A stretch of DNA of 64,000 nucleotides, taken from Roseivirga sp. Lineage in GTDB: Bacteria > Bacteroidota > Bacteroidia > Cytophagales > Cyclobacteriaceae. The first letter of the stretch is position 1; every line of letters starts with the position of its first letter. A program made the position numbers and the translations under genes. The DNA is taken from NCBI GenBank assembly GCA_965661455.1, contig CBFIDV010000013.1:2413-66412 (forward strand), given 5' to 3'. The notes beneath the pieces are model-generated. The model saw only the letters and a program-made list of their open reading frames with translations. It ran no database searches and had not been told where the DNA came from. This document shows, in pieces, positions 27,166 to 37,868 of this stretch.

Positions 27166-28404
27166 TCAATAGAGGCCCTTTAACTCATTAATTATTTCTT
27201 TTTTCACCTCAACTTTTCGTTTCTGGTGCTCCAACTTGGCCATTAACACTTCGTTTAAGCCACTAGCTGTATTGAATTTACCAAGGTTTTCTTCAAAGTT
27301 GTGCAATTCTGTCTGGTCTCTCTTCAAGAGATCATACATAAGCCTAACCCTAAGCTTATTCTTTTCAGCATCAGTGTGGGTGCTTTTAGCTTTCTTAACC
27401 AACAATTGATTCAAAAAGAGTTTCTCAGAAATAGTATCTAAAAAGAACCTGTACTTCTGAGTGAATTCGTGATCTAATTTCTTGCCTAATCGTCCAGATC
27501 TTTTCCACCTCTCCTTTATCGCTTTAAGGTCTACATCAGGAACAATGGCCTTAGAGGCTTTCTCTAATTCGTCTAGAATATCTTGTTTCTGATTTTCGAT
27601 CTCAGCTGAAGACTTCTTTTTGATTTTTGATTCTGCCTTCTTAGCACGCTGGGTATTCGTCTTAAAAATTGACTGAAGCTCTTCCCAATACTCGTTATGT
27701 TTGGTTCTTTCCAGCTTCCCTAACGCTTTCCATCGCTCTACTGTATTCTTTATCTCGGTAAGTAAAAGCTTATGTGAATCAATATTCTGAAGTTTCAAAT
27801 CAACCTCTTTCAAGAATAGCTTAAAGTCCTCCTCCTTTTCAGCCATCATCTTATTTAGATCCTCATAAAACGAATTTCTTCGCTCGTAAAATGAATCTAC
27901 CAATGAAGTAAACTGACCTTCGATTTCCTCTTTTTTATCCTCTGCTACTGCACCAGTCTTTATCCATTTACTCTTTAGCTCTTTAATTGCTAAGCTAGAG
28001 GCTTTCCAATCACTACTCTTTGCAATAGGTGCTAACTGCTCAAGTAAAGCTGTTTTAATTTCTAGGTTCTTTTTCCTGTTTGCATCAATAATGGCTTGTA
28101 ACTGGTCGTGAAGTTCATTCAGAATCTTGTATAGGCTCTCAAAATCACCTATTGCATCGAAATCGCTAAGCGTTTCTTTAAGGTGTAATACCTTCATGAG
28201 GTAACTTCCCTTATTCTCTGTTCCATTAATCTTGGCTTTTACCTTCTCAACCTCCGCAGATGCTTGCTCAAACCTATCTTCAAAGTATTTCATGGCTTGC
28301 TCCTCAGATTCCTTTACCTCACCAATCTCGCGATCAGGGAAATGTAAAAATGCCTTTCTGAATACTTTACCTTCCTTTATATAGCCGTAATTATTATCTA
28401 TCAA
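27166..28404 (-). CDS. DUF349-like repeat protein
   Basis: 412 aa, highly charged and helical, with recurring W-K-x-x-G blocks (SKWIKTGAV, ERWKALGKL, ERWKRSGRL). Confidence 0.7.
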   Translation of the reverse strand: MIDNNYGYIKEGKVFRKAFLHFPDREIGEVKESEEQAMKYFEDRFEQASAEVEKVKAKINGTENKGSYLMKVLHLKETLSDFDAIGDFESLYKILNELHDQLQAIIDANRKKNLEIKTALLEQLAPIAKSSDWKASSLAIKELKSKWIKTGAVAEDKKEEIEGQFTSLVDSFYERRNSFYEDLNKMMAEKEEDFKLFLKEVDLKLQNIDSHKLLLTEIKNTVERWKALGKLERTKHNEYWEELQSIFKTNTQRAKKAESKIKKKSSAEIENQKQDILDELEKASKAIVPDVDLKAIKERWKRSGRLGKKLDHEFTQKYRFFLDTISEKLFLNQLLVKKAKSTHTDAEKNKLRVRLMYDLLKRDQTELHNFEENLGKFNTASGLNEVLMAKLEHQKRKVEVKKEIINELKGLY

Positions 28405-28500
28405 AACTGGATTTTCTTTCTGCGCTCGAAATTAGCTATTTAGAGTTATTACACTAAATACAAGCATATTTTTTAGCATATTTGCCTCAAATTCTAATGC

Positions 28501-30180
28501 ATGAGCGACAACAAAATTATCTTTTCTATGGCTGGGGTAAACAAGATTTACCCGCCTCAAAAACAAGTCCTTAAGAATATCTACCTGTCGTTTTTCTATG
28601 GGGCCAAAATTGGCGTCTTGGGTTTAAACGGTTCTGGTAAGTCTTCTCTTTTAAGAATCATAGCAGGTATCGACAAAGAATATCAGGGTGAGGTAGTCTT
28701 TTCACCAGGATTTAGTGTGGGAATGCTAGAACAAGAACCTCAATTTGATCCTGAGAAGACGGTAAAGGAAGTAGTTGAAGAGGGAGCCAAAGAAACGGTT
28801 GATTTGTTGAAGGAATTTGAAGACATCAACTTGAAATTTGCAGATCCTGCTGTTTTGGCTGATGCCGATGCCATGAACGACCTTATAGAGCAGCAAGGTA
28901 AGGTGCAAGAAAAGTTAGACCAAGTAAGTGCTTGGGACCTTGATTCTCGCTTAGAAAGAGCAATGGATGCCCTAAGAACTCCTCCTGCTGATGCTATTGT
29001 AAAAAACCTGTCGGGTGGAGAAAAAAGAAGAGTCGCTCTTTGCCGCCTACTTATTCAGGAACCAGATGTACTTTTACTAGATGAGCCTACTAACCACTTA
29101 GATGCTGAATCGGTACATTGGTTAGAGCAACACCTCAAACAATATAAGGGAACCGTTATTGCCGTAACTCACGATAGGTATTTCTTAGATAACGTTGCTG
29201 GTTGGATCCTAGAACTTGACAGAGGAGAAGGAATTCCATGGGAAGGCAATTATTCATCCTGGTTAGATCAAAAACAAAAGAGATTAGCTGACGAAGAGAA
29301 AACAGAGTCTAAACGTCAGAAAACCTTACAGCGCGAGCTAGAGTGGGTACGCATGTCACCTAAAGGACGTCAGGCAAAATCTAAAGCTAGAATTAGCGCT
29401 TACGATAAACTTGTTGGGCAAGAAGCTAGGGAGAAAGAGCAGAAGCTAGAACTCTATATTCCTGCAGGCGAAAGACTGGGTAATAAGGTGATTGAAGCCA
29501 GTGGTGTTTCAAAAGCCTTTGGTGATAAACTTCTTTATGAAAACTTAGAATTCAATTTACCTCAAGGCGGAATAGTTGGAGTAATTGGGCCGAATGGTGC
29601 AGGTAAAACCACATTATTCAATTTGATTACGGGTAGGGAAACGCCTGATGCTGGTACTTTCGAAGTAGGGTCCACTGTAGATATTGCCTATGTTGATCAA
29701 GAACATACAAGACTAGATCCTGACAAGACCGTTTGGGAAGTAATTTCAGAAGGCAATGAGCTTATCATGCTTGGAGGAAAAGAGATTAACTCTCGAGCCT
29801 ATGTGAGTCGCTTTAATTTTGCCGGTAGCGACCAAAACAAAAAAGTGAGTGAGCTATCGGGAGGAATGAGAAATCGTGTTCACTTGGCACTAACGCTTAA
29901 GCAAGGCGCCAATCTACTTTTATTAGATGAACCTACTAATGACTTAGACGTTAACACCTTAAGAGCTCTTGAAGAAGGTCTAGATAACTTTGGTGGTTGT
30001 GCTGTTATTATTTCTCACGACAGATGGTTCTTAGATAGAGTTTGTACGCACATTCTAGCTTTTGAAGGTGATTCTCAAGTATACTGGTTTGAAGGAACTT
30101 ACTCAGACTACGAAGAGAATAGAAAATCGAGACTGGGAGATGTTGATCCTACTCGAATTCGATATAAAAAACTAGGATAG
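28501..30180 (+). CDS. ettA: energy-dependent translational throttle protein EttA (ABC-F)
   Basis: 559 aa with two ABC cassettes (GLNGSGKSS / LSGGEKRR and GPNGAGKTT / LSGGMRNR), no TM, and a C-terminal RIRYKKL. Confidence 0.92.
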   Translation: MSDNKIIFSMAGVNKIYPPQKQVLKNIYLSFFYGAKIGVLGLNGSGKSSLLRIIAGIDKEYQGEVVFSPGFSVGMLEQEPQFDPEKTVKEVVEEGAKETVDLLKEFEDINLKFADPAVLADADAMNDLIEQQGKVQEKLDQVSAWDLDSRLERAMDALRTPPADAIVKNLSGGEKRRVALCRLLIQEPDVLLLDEPTNHLDAESVHWLEQHLKQYKGTVIAVTHDRYFLDNVAGWILELDRGEGIPWEGNYSSWLDQKQKRLADEEKTESKRQKTLQRELEWVRMSPKGRQAKSKARISAYDKLVGQEAREKEQKLELYIPAGERLGNKVIEASGVSKAFGDKLLYENLEFNLPQGGIVGVIGPNGAGKTTLFNLITGRETPDAGTFEVGSTVDIAYVDQEHTRLDPDKTVWEVISEGNELIMLGGKEINSRAYVSRFNFAGSDQNKKVSELSGGMRNRVHLALTLKQGANLLLLDEPTNDLDVNTLRALEEGLDNFGGCAVIISHDRWFLDRVCTHILAFEGDSQVYWFEGTYSDYEENRKSRLGDVDPTRIRYKKLG

Positions 30181-30325
30181 AAATGATTAAACGGATGAGA
30201 ACAGTTCCGTTAGTCATTTTCTTTCGTTAATAATCACAAAGCCATTTAGCAGTAATTGGCATAATGCTTGATCAAAAAATTGATGTCGCTCAAATTGAAG
30301 CGACTCACACGATAAATAAGAAGTT

Positions 30326-31018
30326 ATGTTAAAAAAAACACTCTCACTCGGGTTCGTAATAGTCATTTGTCTGTGCGCTACTTTAGACACATTCGCTCAA
30401 ATTACCCCAATTGAAACTATTGGTGGTGGCATGAATATGCGGATCAGAGATAGGACTACAGCAATCTCTATTCCTTATGAGCCATACTTTAATATAGAGG
30501 CCAGTATGATGAATATTGAGCTCTTTAATGGAGAAAGACCAGAAGGATTCTATCGATACAATTTGGAACAAGAAGTACTTGAAAAGTCTAATTCTGATGA
30601 GACCATCGAAGCTGGACAGATCAAGAGCTTTAGAATATTAAATGGAGATGGTACTGTAGCTCAGACCTTTGTAAATATTAAGACCCTCTGGCCAAAAAGC
30701 GAATACCTTGGCTTTTTCGAACAAGTGGACGAAAACTTTACGGTGGTAGTTAAGCATTACCTGGAGCAAAAAGCGGCAGATTATGACCCTACGCTAAACA
30801 TGGGCAACCCTTATGATAGGGTTGAGAAAGAGATAGAGGTCTACTACCGCGTGATTGACAAATGGTTTTTAGCTCCTGACTCTAAGAAGAAATTCATAGC
30901 TGCTTTAAGCGACTTTCAATCGACAAGTGACTTAAAGAAGTTTATGAAAAAGAATAAACTCAAAGTTGCAAACCCAAAGGACATTGCCCAAGTAATTGAT
31001 TTCGTGACCAACAATTAA
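30326..31018 (+). CDS. hypothetical secreted protein
   Basis: 230 aa with a signal peptide ending in TFAQ. No recognisable family. Confidence 0.5.
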   Translation: MLKKTLSLGFVIVICLCATLDTFAQITPIETIGGGMNMRIRDRTTAISIPYEPYFNIEASMMNIELFNGERPEGFYRYNLEQEVLEKSNSDETIEAGQIKSFRILNGDGTVAQTFVNIKTLWPKSEYLGFFEQVDENFTVVVKHYLEQKAADYDPTLNMGNPYDRVEKEIEVYYRVIDKWFLAPDSKKKFIAALSDFQSTSDLKKFMKKNKLKVANPKDIAQVIDFVTNN

Positions 31019-31419
31019 AAGTGGAACGTAATCTCCTGCTTTAATTCAGGATGAAGGCTCAAGGCTACCGGACAGTTTCTGCCGAGATCTTTGAGCCATT
31101 CTTTTTCTTGATCAGATACCGGGCAGTCATCCCAAAAGAAGTCAACTTTCAATCGACTGATTCTTCTAGGCTCGGCTGACATGATCTTTGTTGTTTCTAA
31201 CCTCATCCCATCCATATTTAAGCCTTTTTTCTCACCAGCTATAGCCATAACGGTCATCATGCAGCTACCTAATGCAGCGGCCACTGTGTCCGTAGGAGAA
31301 AAGATTTCTCCTTTACCGTTATTATCAACAGGAGCATCTGTTTGAAAGTGATTTCCAGACTTAACATGTTCCGCTTGGGTTCTTAATTCTCCTAAGTATT
31401 CAGATTTAACTGTGATCAT
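31015..31419 (-). CDS. OsmC family protein
   Basis: 134 aa with FSPTDTVAAALGSCMMTVM and GRNCPVALSL (the two conserved Cys contexts). Confidence 0.85.
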   Translation of the reverse strand: MITVKSEYLGELRTQAEHVKSGNHFQTDAPVDNNGKGEIFSPTDTVAAALGSCMMTVMAIAGEKKGLNMDGMRLETTKIMSAEPRRISRLKVDFFWDDCPVSDQEKEWLKDLGRNCPVALSLHPELKQEITFHF

Positions 31420-31478
31420 AAACTATGGCCTTATATTTTGCGTTAAGTTAGAGAGCATTTAATTACCTGCAAAGCTTA

Positions 31479-32201
31479 ATGCGTATACAGAGAATTTCCT
31501 TCCTAGTAATAGCCATTTGCCTTTCGTTTCAAGGCATGAGCCAAGAAATACAGCAGTACATAGACGATGAATATGTAAGTGAATATGTTTTTGGAATAAG
31601 TAAAGGAACCAATGGTGGAATCATAAGTGGGTTCTACTACCGCCATTCGCAAGTTCAAGCAAATGGCTCTTTGATAAATTATGGCGTTGAACTCGTAAAC
31701 ATTAAGCACCCAAGGGAAGCACGAAGAACCACTTTTACTGGAAGCACATTTGTCTTCGGTAAGTCGAATTATTTGATATCCGTGAGACCAACCTACGGGA
31801 GAGAAAAAATTCTCTTTAAAAAAGCCCCTCAGCAAGGGGCACGAATTACAGCCATGGCAGCAGCTGGCCCAGCCTTCGGACTTGAAGTGCCATACTTTGT
31901 AGATCTAAGCAATGGAAGGAGCGAACAATATGACCCAAATGAGCCTACACATGCTGTGGCATCTATTCAAGGAGCTAGAAGTATATTAAGAGGCGTAACG
32001 CAAGGATCTATCGTGTTAGGTGCTCACGCCAAGACCTCCCTTACCTTTGAGACCAATTCTACAAAAAAACGTGTTTTTGGTATTGAAGTAGGCTTTACGA
32101 TTGATGCTTACACGAGAGAAATTGAAATTTTGCCAGAGGCAAATAATAGAAGTGTTTATACAGCAGGCTTCTTTGCTATTTACTTCGGTAGAAGAAGATA
32201 A
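31479..32201 (+). CDS. hypothetical secreted protein (possibly beta-barrel)
   Basis: 240 aa with a signal peptide and a composition of alternating beta-strand-like segments. No recognisable family. Confidence 0.45.
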   Translation: MRIQRISFLVIAICLSFQGMSQEIQQYIDDEYVSEYVFGISKGTNGGIISGFYYRHSQVQANGSLINYGVELVNIKHPREARRTTFTGSTFVFGKSNYLISVRPTYGREKILFKKAPQQGARITAMAAAGPAFGLEVPYFVDLSNGRSEQYDPNEPTHAVASIQGARSILRGVTQGSIVLGAHAKTSLTFETNSTKKRVFGIEVGFTIDAYTREIEILPEANNRSVYTAGFFAIYFGRRR

Positions 32202-32230
32202 CCCCCCATTATTTATTGGAACCTTTGCCT

Positions 32231-32238
32231 TACCTTTG
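32231..32238 (+). promoter_or_regulatory. -7 box TACCTTTG upstream of lipA
   Basis: Exact TAnnTTTG match 27 nt upstream of the lipA ATG. No correctly spaced -33 TTG. Confidence 0.3.
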
Positions 32239-32264
32239 TGTTGTTCTAGACAGAGGAGAAAGAT

Positions 32265-33149
32265 ATGATTGAACTACCTGTCGTTTCGAAAGAAACAGAA
32301 GAGAGAAAGAGAAGAAAACCAGACTGGCTGAGAGTGAAACTCCCAATAGGACCTGAGTATGCAAAGGTTCGTAAGCTGGTTGACGAAAATAAGCTTCATA
32401 CGATTTGTGAAAGCGGCAACTGCCCAAATATGGGTGAGTGCTGGGGTGCAGGTACTGCAACCTTCATGATCTTAGGTAATGTTTGCACTCGTTCTTGTTC
32501 TTTCTGTGCAGTGGCAACTGGTAGACCACCAGAATACGATACAGATGAACCAAGAAGAGTTGCTGAGTCTATAAAAACAATGGGCGTTAAGCATGCGGTA
32601 CTTACTTCCGTTAATCGTGATGAATTAAAAGATCGTGGTGCTGAAATTTGGTATCAGACTGTAATTCAAATTAAAAAACTTTGCCCTTCTACAACCATTG
32701 AAACGCTTATTCCTGATGTAAAAGGGAACTGGGCTGCTCTGGAAAGAATGATTGAAGGTGGTCAAGAAGTGGTTTCCCATAATATGGAAACTGTTAGAGA
32801 GCTTTATCGCCCAGTAAGACCACAGGCTAAATACGATCGATCTTTAGAGGAGCTAGATCGCATTAAGAAATTCGGTAAAAGATCTAAATCTGGCGCTATG
32901 CTAGGATTAGGCGAAACGGATGATCAGGTTTTCCAATTAATGGATGACTTAGCTGCAGTAAAACTCGATATTTTGACCCTAGGTCAATACCTGCAGCCTA
33001 CTAAGAGACACCATGAAGTCATTGACTTTATTCACCCAGATAAATTCGAATTCTTTAAAGAAGAAGGGTTGAAAAGAGGTATTAAATATGTAGAGTCTGG
33101 TCCATTGGTAAGATCATCTTACCATGCAGAAAGACATGTGCATGTGTAG
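32265..33149 (+). CDS. lipA: lipoyl synthase
   Basis: 294 aa with [12 protein letters not shown] and radical-SAM CTRSCSFC clusters. Confidence 0.96.
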   Translation: MIELPVVSKETEERKRRKPDWLRVKLPIGPEYAKVRKLVDENKLHTICESGNCPNMGECWGAGTATFMILGNVCTRSCSFCAVATGRPPEYDTDEPRRVAESIKTMGVKHAVLTSVNRDELKDRGAEIWYQTVIQIKKLCPSTTIETLIPDVKGNWAALERMIEGGQEVVSHNMETVRELYRPVRPQAKYDRSLEELDRIKKFGKRSKSGAMLGLGETDDQVFQLMDDLAAVKLDILTLGQYLQPTKRHHEVIDFIHPDKFEFFKEEGLKRGIKYVESGPLVRSSYHAERHVHV

Positions 33150-33188
33150 GTAAGAAGGTTAAGTATTAAGACCTTTTATCACTGATAT

Positions 33189-33229
33189 AAAAAAAGCTAG
33201 CTCCATAAAGGAACTAGCTTTTCTTTTTC
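33189..33229. terminator. bidirectional terminator between lipA and gcvP
   Basis: AAGCTAGCTCC-ataaa-GGAACTAGCTT, flanked by AAAAA and TTCTTTTTC. Confidence 0.65.
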
Positions 33230-33242
33230 TGTTAGATCTGTA

Positions 33243-36149
33243 TTAAGCTACCGCTTCATCTTCCTGATATTCAGAAACAGGAATACAGCTACACATTAAG
33301 TTTCTATCACCATAAGCAGAATCGATTCTACCTACTGTTGGCCAAAACTTGGCTTCTTTTACATAGTCTGCAGGGTAAACAGCCTTCTCTCTTGAGTATG
33401 GTCTATCCCACTGACCTTCAAGAACCATAGATGCTGTATGTGGCGCTCTTCTTACCACATTGTTCTCTTGATCAACTATCCCGTCTTCAATCTCTTTGAT
33501 CTCATGACGAATACTCAAGAATGCATCGCAGAACCTATCTAACTCAACCTTAGACTCAGATTCAGTCGGCTCAATCATCATAGTGCCACCTACTGGGAAT
33601 GATACTGTTGGCGCATGATAACCGTAGTCCATCAAACGTTTCGCAATATCTTCTACCTCAATGCCCACTGCTTTGAACTCTCTCAAATCAATGATCATTT
33701 CGTGCGCTGCTCTACCTTGTTTACCTGTGTACAATACCTTGATATCTTTCTCTAATCGAGCTTTGATATAATTAGCATTTAGGATTGCAATTTTGGTAGC
33801 ATTTATTAATCCTTCAGAGCCCATCATAGCGATATAAGCATAAGAAATCGTTAGGATACTCGCGCTACCCCAAGGAGCAGAAGATATAGAACTAATTGGC
33901 TGATCGCCTCCAGTTGTATCCATAACGGCACTATTTGGTAGGAAAGGAGCTAAATGCTCAGCCACACCAATTGGTCCCATACCAGGTCCTCCTCCACCAT
34001 GTGGAATACAGAATGTCTTATGTAAGTTCAGGTGACAAACATCAGCACCAATTAATCCAGGGCTAGTTAAGCCTACTTGCGCATTCATATTGGCACCGTC
34101 CATGTAGACTTGTCCTCCATGATCGTGCACCATCTGACATATCTCTTTAATGTCTTCTTCGAATACACCGTGAGTAGATGGATAGGTAACCATTAAAGAT
34201 GCTAGGTTTTCGCTGTGAGCCTCTACCTTACTCTTAAGATCTTCTAGATCAATATTTCCGTGATCATCACAACCTACTAGTACCACCTTCATACCTGCCA
34301 TAACAGCAGAAGCCGGGTTCGTTCCATGTGCTGAAGTAGGAATGATCGCGATATTTCTATGATGATCTCCTCTACTTTGATGATACGCTCTAATCACCAT
34401 TAGCCCTGTGTACTCACCTTGTGCGCCAGAGTTTGGCTGAAGCGACACATCGTGGAATCCAGTAATCTCAGAAAGCCAGTCTACCAAATCATTGAACATC
34501 ATGTGGTATCCTCTTGTCTGGTATTTTGGGGCGAATGGGTGGATATCGCCAAACTCAGGCCAAGTTACAGCAAGCATTTCTGTAGTGGCATTAAGCTTCA
34601 TCGTACATGAACCCAAAGAAATCATGGAGTGAACTAAAGAAAGATCCTTATTCTCCAGTTTCTTGATATAACGTAGCATTTCATGCTCAGAATGGTATTG
34701 GTTGAATACCGGGTGAGTCATGTAATCTGAAGTTCTTCTTAAATCTTCTGGTAATTCAACTGATAGATTTGATGCTTCTTCATCTAAATCAAAAGTCATC
34801 TTATCACCTACTGCTTCCGCGAATACGTCTAAAATAACTTCAATGTCTTCTACTCTAGTTGTCTCATCTACTGAGATTCCGATATCACCACTTTCGAAGT
34901 ATCTAAAGTTGCATTCGTTTACCTCAGCTATGGTTCTAATTTTATCAGATAGAGAGAAGTCACACTCAATTCTTAACGTATCAAAGAACTGCTTATTCAC
35001 TTGCTCAAAACCAAGATGTCTCAAACCTCTGTTAAGAAGTTTAGCAAAACCGTGAATTTTATAAGCAATGTGCTTAATACCTTTTGAACCATGGTACACA
35101 CCGTACATACCAGCCATTACTGCCAGAAGCACCTGTGCTGTACAAATATTCGATGTTGCTTTTTCTCTTCTAATGTGCTGCTCTCTAGTTTGCAGCGCCA
35201 TTCTGTATGCCTCGTTGCCATCTACATCTTGAGACACACCAATGATTCTTCCCGGTATTTGTCTTTTAAATTGATCCTTAGTGGCAAAGTAAGCAGCGTG
35301 AGGACCACCATAACCCATTGGCACACCAAATCTTTGAGTAGTACCAACCACTGCATCAGCTTCCATCTCACCCGGAGGTGTAATTAAAGCAAGTGCCATT
35401 AGATCTGCAGCAAACGTTACAAATACATTTTGCTCATGAGCACTTTCAGTGAATGATTTATAATCAAGAATTTTACCATCACCCGCTGGATACTGAACTA
35501 AGACACCGTAAAGATCTTGTCTCGTTAAATCTAGCGTTTTGAAATCTCCAATCTCTAACTCAATACCTACGGGTACCGATCTAGTTTTTAGAATATCAAT
35601 GGTTTGTGGGAAGGTGTTTTCGTCAACAAAGAAAACATTCGCCTTCTTTTTGTCTTTCTTTCTCTGCCCAGCAAACATGGTCATAGCTTCTGCTGCTGCT
35701 GTTCCTTCATCTAATAATGAAGCGTTAGCAATCTCCATTCCGGTGAGATCCATAACCATCGTCTGGAAATTGATCAATGCTTCAAGTCGTCCCTGAGCAA
35801 TCTCTGCTTGGTAAGGCGTGTAGGCCGTATACCATCCTGGATTTTCAAGAATGTTTCTCTGAATAACACTTGGAACAATGGTATTATAATAACCCATTCC
35901 TATATAAGACTTGAACAACTTGTTGGCAGCTGCTACTTGTCTTAAATCTTTTGTGAATTGGAATTCAGATTTAGGAGCAGGTAGATTCAAAGGTTCCTTC
36001 ATTCGAATACCAGCAGGAACAGTCTCCTCAATTAATGTATCTAAGCTAGACACACCAATTACCTTTAGCATCTCGTTTATTTCATGCTGATCGGGTCCAT
36101 TATGACGGTCCTCAAATCTCTGCGTTTTTCTTAAATCGATCTTTGTCAT
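33243..36149 (-). CDS. gcvP: glycine dehydrogenase (aminomethyl-transferring), single-chain P-protein
   Basis: 968 aa with [21 protein letters not shown](A)QGRLE and the PLP site [16 protein letters not shown]. Confidence 0.97.
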   Translation of the reverse strand: MTKIDLRKTQRFEDRHNGPDQHEINEMLKVIGVSSLDTLIEETVPAGIRMKEPLNLPAPKSEFQFTKDLRQVAAANKLFKSYIGMGYYNTIVPSVIQRNILENPGWYTAYTPYQAEIAQGRLEALINFQTMVMDLTGMEIANASLLDEGTAAAEAMTMFAGQRKKDKKKANVFFVDENTFPQTIDILKTRSVPVGIELEIGDFKTLDLTRQDLYGVLVQYPAGDGKILDYKSFTESAHEQNVFVTFAADLMALALITPPGEMEADAVVGTTQRFGVPMGYGGPHAAYFATKDQFKRQIPGRIIGVSQDVDGNEAYRMALQTREQHIRREKATSNICTAQVLLAVMAGMYGVYHGSKGIKHIAYKIHGFAKLLNRGLRHLGFEQVNKQFFDTLRIECDFSLSDKIRTIAEVNECNFRYFESGDIGISVDETTRVEDIEVILDVFAEAVGDKMTFDLDEEASNLSVELPEDLRRTSDYMTHPVFNQYHSEHEMLRYIKKLENKDLSLVHSMISLGSCTMKLNATTEMLAVTWPEFGDIHPFAPKYQTRGYHMMFNDLVDWLSEITGFHDVSLQPNSGAQGEYTGLMVIRAYHQSRGDHHRNIAIIPTSAHGTNPASAVMAGMKVVLVGCDDHGNIDLEDLKSKVEAHSENLASLMVTYPSTHGVFEEDIKEICQMVHDHGGQVYMDGANMNAQVGLTSPGLIGADVCHLNLHKTFCIPHGGGGPGMGPIGVAEHLAPFLPNSAVMDTTGGDQPISSISSAPWGSASILTISYAYIAMMGSEGLINATKIAILNANYIKARLEKDIKVLYTGKQGRAAHEMIIDLREFKAVGIEVEDIAKRLMDYGYHAPTVSFPVGGTMMIEPTESESKVELDRFCDAFLSIRHEIKEIEDGIVDQENNVVRRAPHTASMVLEGQWDRPYSREKAVYPADYVKEAKFWPTVGRIDSAYGDRNLMCSCIPVSEYQEDEAVA

Positions 36150-36194
36150 TCTCTATTTCCAAACGGTGATAAATCCTCTTTTTAAAAAGATGCA

Positions 36195-36202
36195 CAAATG
36201 TA
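36195..36202 (-). promoter_or_regulatory. -7 box TACATTTG upstream of gcvP
   Basis: Minus-strand exact TAnnTTTG match 46 nt upstream of the gcvP ATG. No correctly spaced -33. Confidence 0.3.
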
Positions 36203-36289
36203 AAGCACAAGGCACTGAATTCCATGTACATCCATGATAAAAAACTCGCCAATTACAGAAGATTTAGTCTTCAGTTTTGAATAATTGGT

Positions 36290-36297
36290 TAGCTTTG
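36290..36297 (+). promoter_or_regulatory. -7 box TAGCTTTG upstream of the M28 peptidase gene
   Basis: Exact TAnnTTTG match 38 nt upstream of ATG 36335. Confidence 0.3.
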
Positions 36298-36334
36298 GCT
36301 CGCTAAAAAATTGTTACAACAAATTGTTTCTAAA

Positions 36335-37804
36335 ATGAGGAAATTAAAAGCTTCAATTCTCGGATTGGCTATCGCTTCTGTAGGCTTAATGGCACAGGAC
36401 AAAGCAGCCGTGAAATATGCCAACACAATTACTCCTGAAGACATGAGAGCCAAATTAACTGTATTGGCATCTGATGAATTTGAGGGTAGAGAAACTGGTA
36501 CTGAAGGCCAGAAAAAAGCTTCAAGATTTCTAGAAGACTTCTATGCTAAAATTGGATTAGAAGCCCCTGTAGAAGGAACATACCGTCAAAAATTCAGCAT
36601 GTATCAGTCTGATTGGTCTGACGTTTACATTAAAGCCAAAAGCGGCAAAAAAATGAATGGTAAGGATTTCATCTTCCTAGGCAGTGCCAATATGGACAAG
36701 GAAATGAAATTAGAAACTGTCTACGTTGGTGATATTGCTAACCTAGAAGGAATGGATGTTACTGGAAAGGGTATCATGATGACTTCTCGCTCGAGAGATG
36801 CTTTTACCAAAGCTAACGAAGCTGGTGCAAAAGCAATCTTTGTGGTAGCCGGCAACGATGAGCAGTTCATGCAAACTTTGCCTCGCCAAGCACGTGGTAG
36901 ACTTAAAAGTAGATTGAGATTCAACAAAGAGCTTTCTGGAAATCAGAGTATGATCTTTAACATCACGCAAGCAATGGCTGCTGAGTTAATGAATACTTCA
37001 GTTGAAAACTTAAGTTCCGACACTAAAGCGAGAAATATCAGATTCATGGTATCAGAGAAACTTGCAGAAGTTGAAACTGAGAACATGATGGCTTACCTAG
37101 AAGGCACTGACCTTAAAGACGAGTTACTTGTGATTTCTTCTCACTACGACCATATTGGTAAAAACGAAGATGGTTCTGTTATTAACAACGGTGCTGATGA
37201 TGATGGTTCTGGAACTACTGGTGTTATGGAAATTGCCGAGGCGTTCGCACAAGCAGCTGCAGAAGGCAATAGACCAAGAAGAAGCGTTCTTTTCTTAAAT
37301 GTTACTGGTGAAGAAAAAGGCCTTTTAGGTTCTGCTTATTACGCTGATAATCCAATCTTCCCGATTGAGAACACAGTGAACAACCTGAACATTGACATGA
37401 TTGGAAGAATTGATCCAGAGCATGAAGAGTCGGGCAATAGAGATTATGTATATGTAATTGGTTCTGAGAAGCTTTCAAGTCACTTGAAAATCATTTCTGA
37501 GTACGCAAACATAACTTACACAGGAATTGACATGGATTACCGATATGATGATCCAAATGATAGAAACAGATTCTACTACAGATCTGACCACTACAACTTT
37601 GCGAAAAGTGGTATCCCAATTATCTTCTACTTCAACGGAACGCACGCGGATTATCACAGATCTACTGATACTGTTGATAAAATCGCATTTGACGTTATGG
37701 CAAAAAGAGCTCAGCTTGTTTTTCATACTGCTTGGATTCTCGTGAACAGAGATGAAAGAACTCCAGTGGACATGGAAGATGATATGGATTACGGTTCTAG
37801 ATAA
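36335..37804 (+). CDS. M28 family metallopeptidase (aminopeptidase) with PA-like insert
   Basis: Start moved to ATG 36335 (MRKLKASILGLAIASVGLMAQ). It has SSHYDHIG, GADDDGSGT and TGEEKGLLGS metal-ligand motifs. Confidence 0.85.
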   Translation: MRKLKASILGLAIASVGLMAQDKAAVKYANTITPEDMRAKLTVLASDEFEGRETGTEGQKKASRFLEDFYAKIGLEAPVEGTYRQKFSMYQSDWSDVYIKAKSGKKMNGKDFIFLGSANMDKEMKLETVYVGDIANLEGMDVTGKGIMMTSRSRDAFTKANEAGAKAIFVVAGNDEQFMQTLPRQARGRLKSRLRFNKELSGNQSMIFNITQAMAAELMNTSVENLSSDTKARNIRFMVSEKLAEVETENMMAYLEGTDLKDELLVISSHYDHIGKNEDGSVINNGADDDGSGTTGVMEIAEAFAQAAAEGNRPRRSVLFLNVTGEEKGLLGSAYYADNPIFPIENTVNNLNIDMIGRIDPEHEESGNRDYVYVIGSEKLSSHLKIISEYANITYTGIDMDYRYDDPNDRNRFYYRSDHYNFAKSGIPIIFYFNGTHADYHRSTDTVDKIAFDVMAKRAQLVFHTAWILVNRDERTPVDMEDDMDYGSR

Positions 37805-37833
37805 GGAATCCCAAAAAATCAGATAAATTAAGG

Positions 37834-37868
37834 CTGTCATCCGTAACATCGGGTGACAGTCTTTTTTT
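37834..37868 (+). terminator. rho-independent terminator (M28 peptidase gene)
   Basis: CTGTCATCCG-taacat-CGGGTGACAG followed by TCTTTTTTT. The T-run ends 1 nt before the next ATG. Confidence 0.75.

Noticed and set aside
31015-31018. Convergent genes sharing TTAA as overlapping stop codons (hypothetical protein and OsmC)
   Set aside because: This is a real but trivial packing feature with no functional implication I can support.
36150-36334. Glycine riboswitch upstream of gcvP
   Set aside because: I read the minus strand of the leader and saw none of the conserved glycine-aptamer blocks (GGAGAG ... CACCG ... GGGCAA type). An Infernal scan would be needed to be certain.
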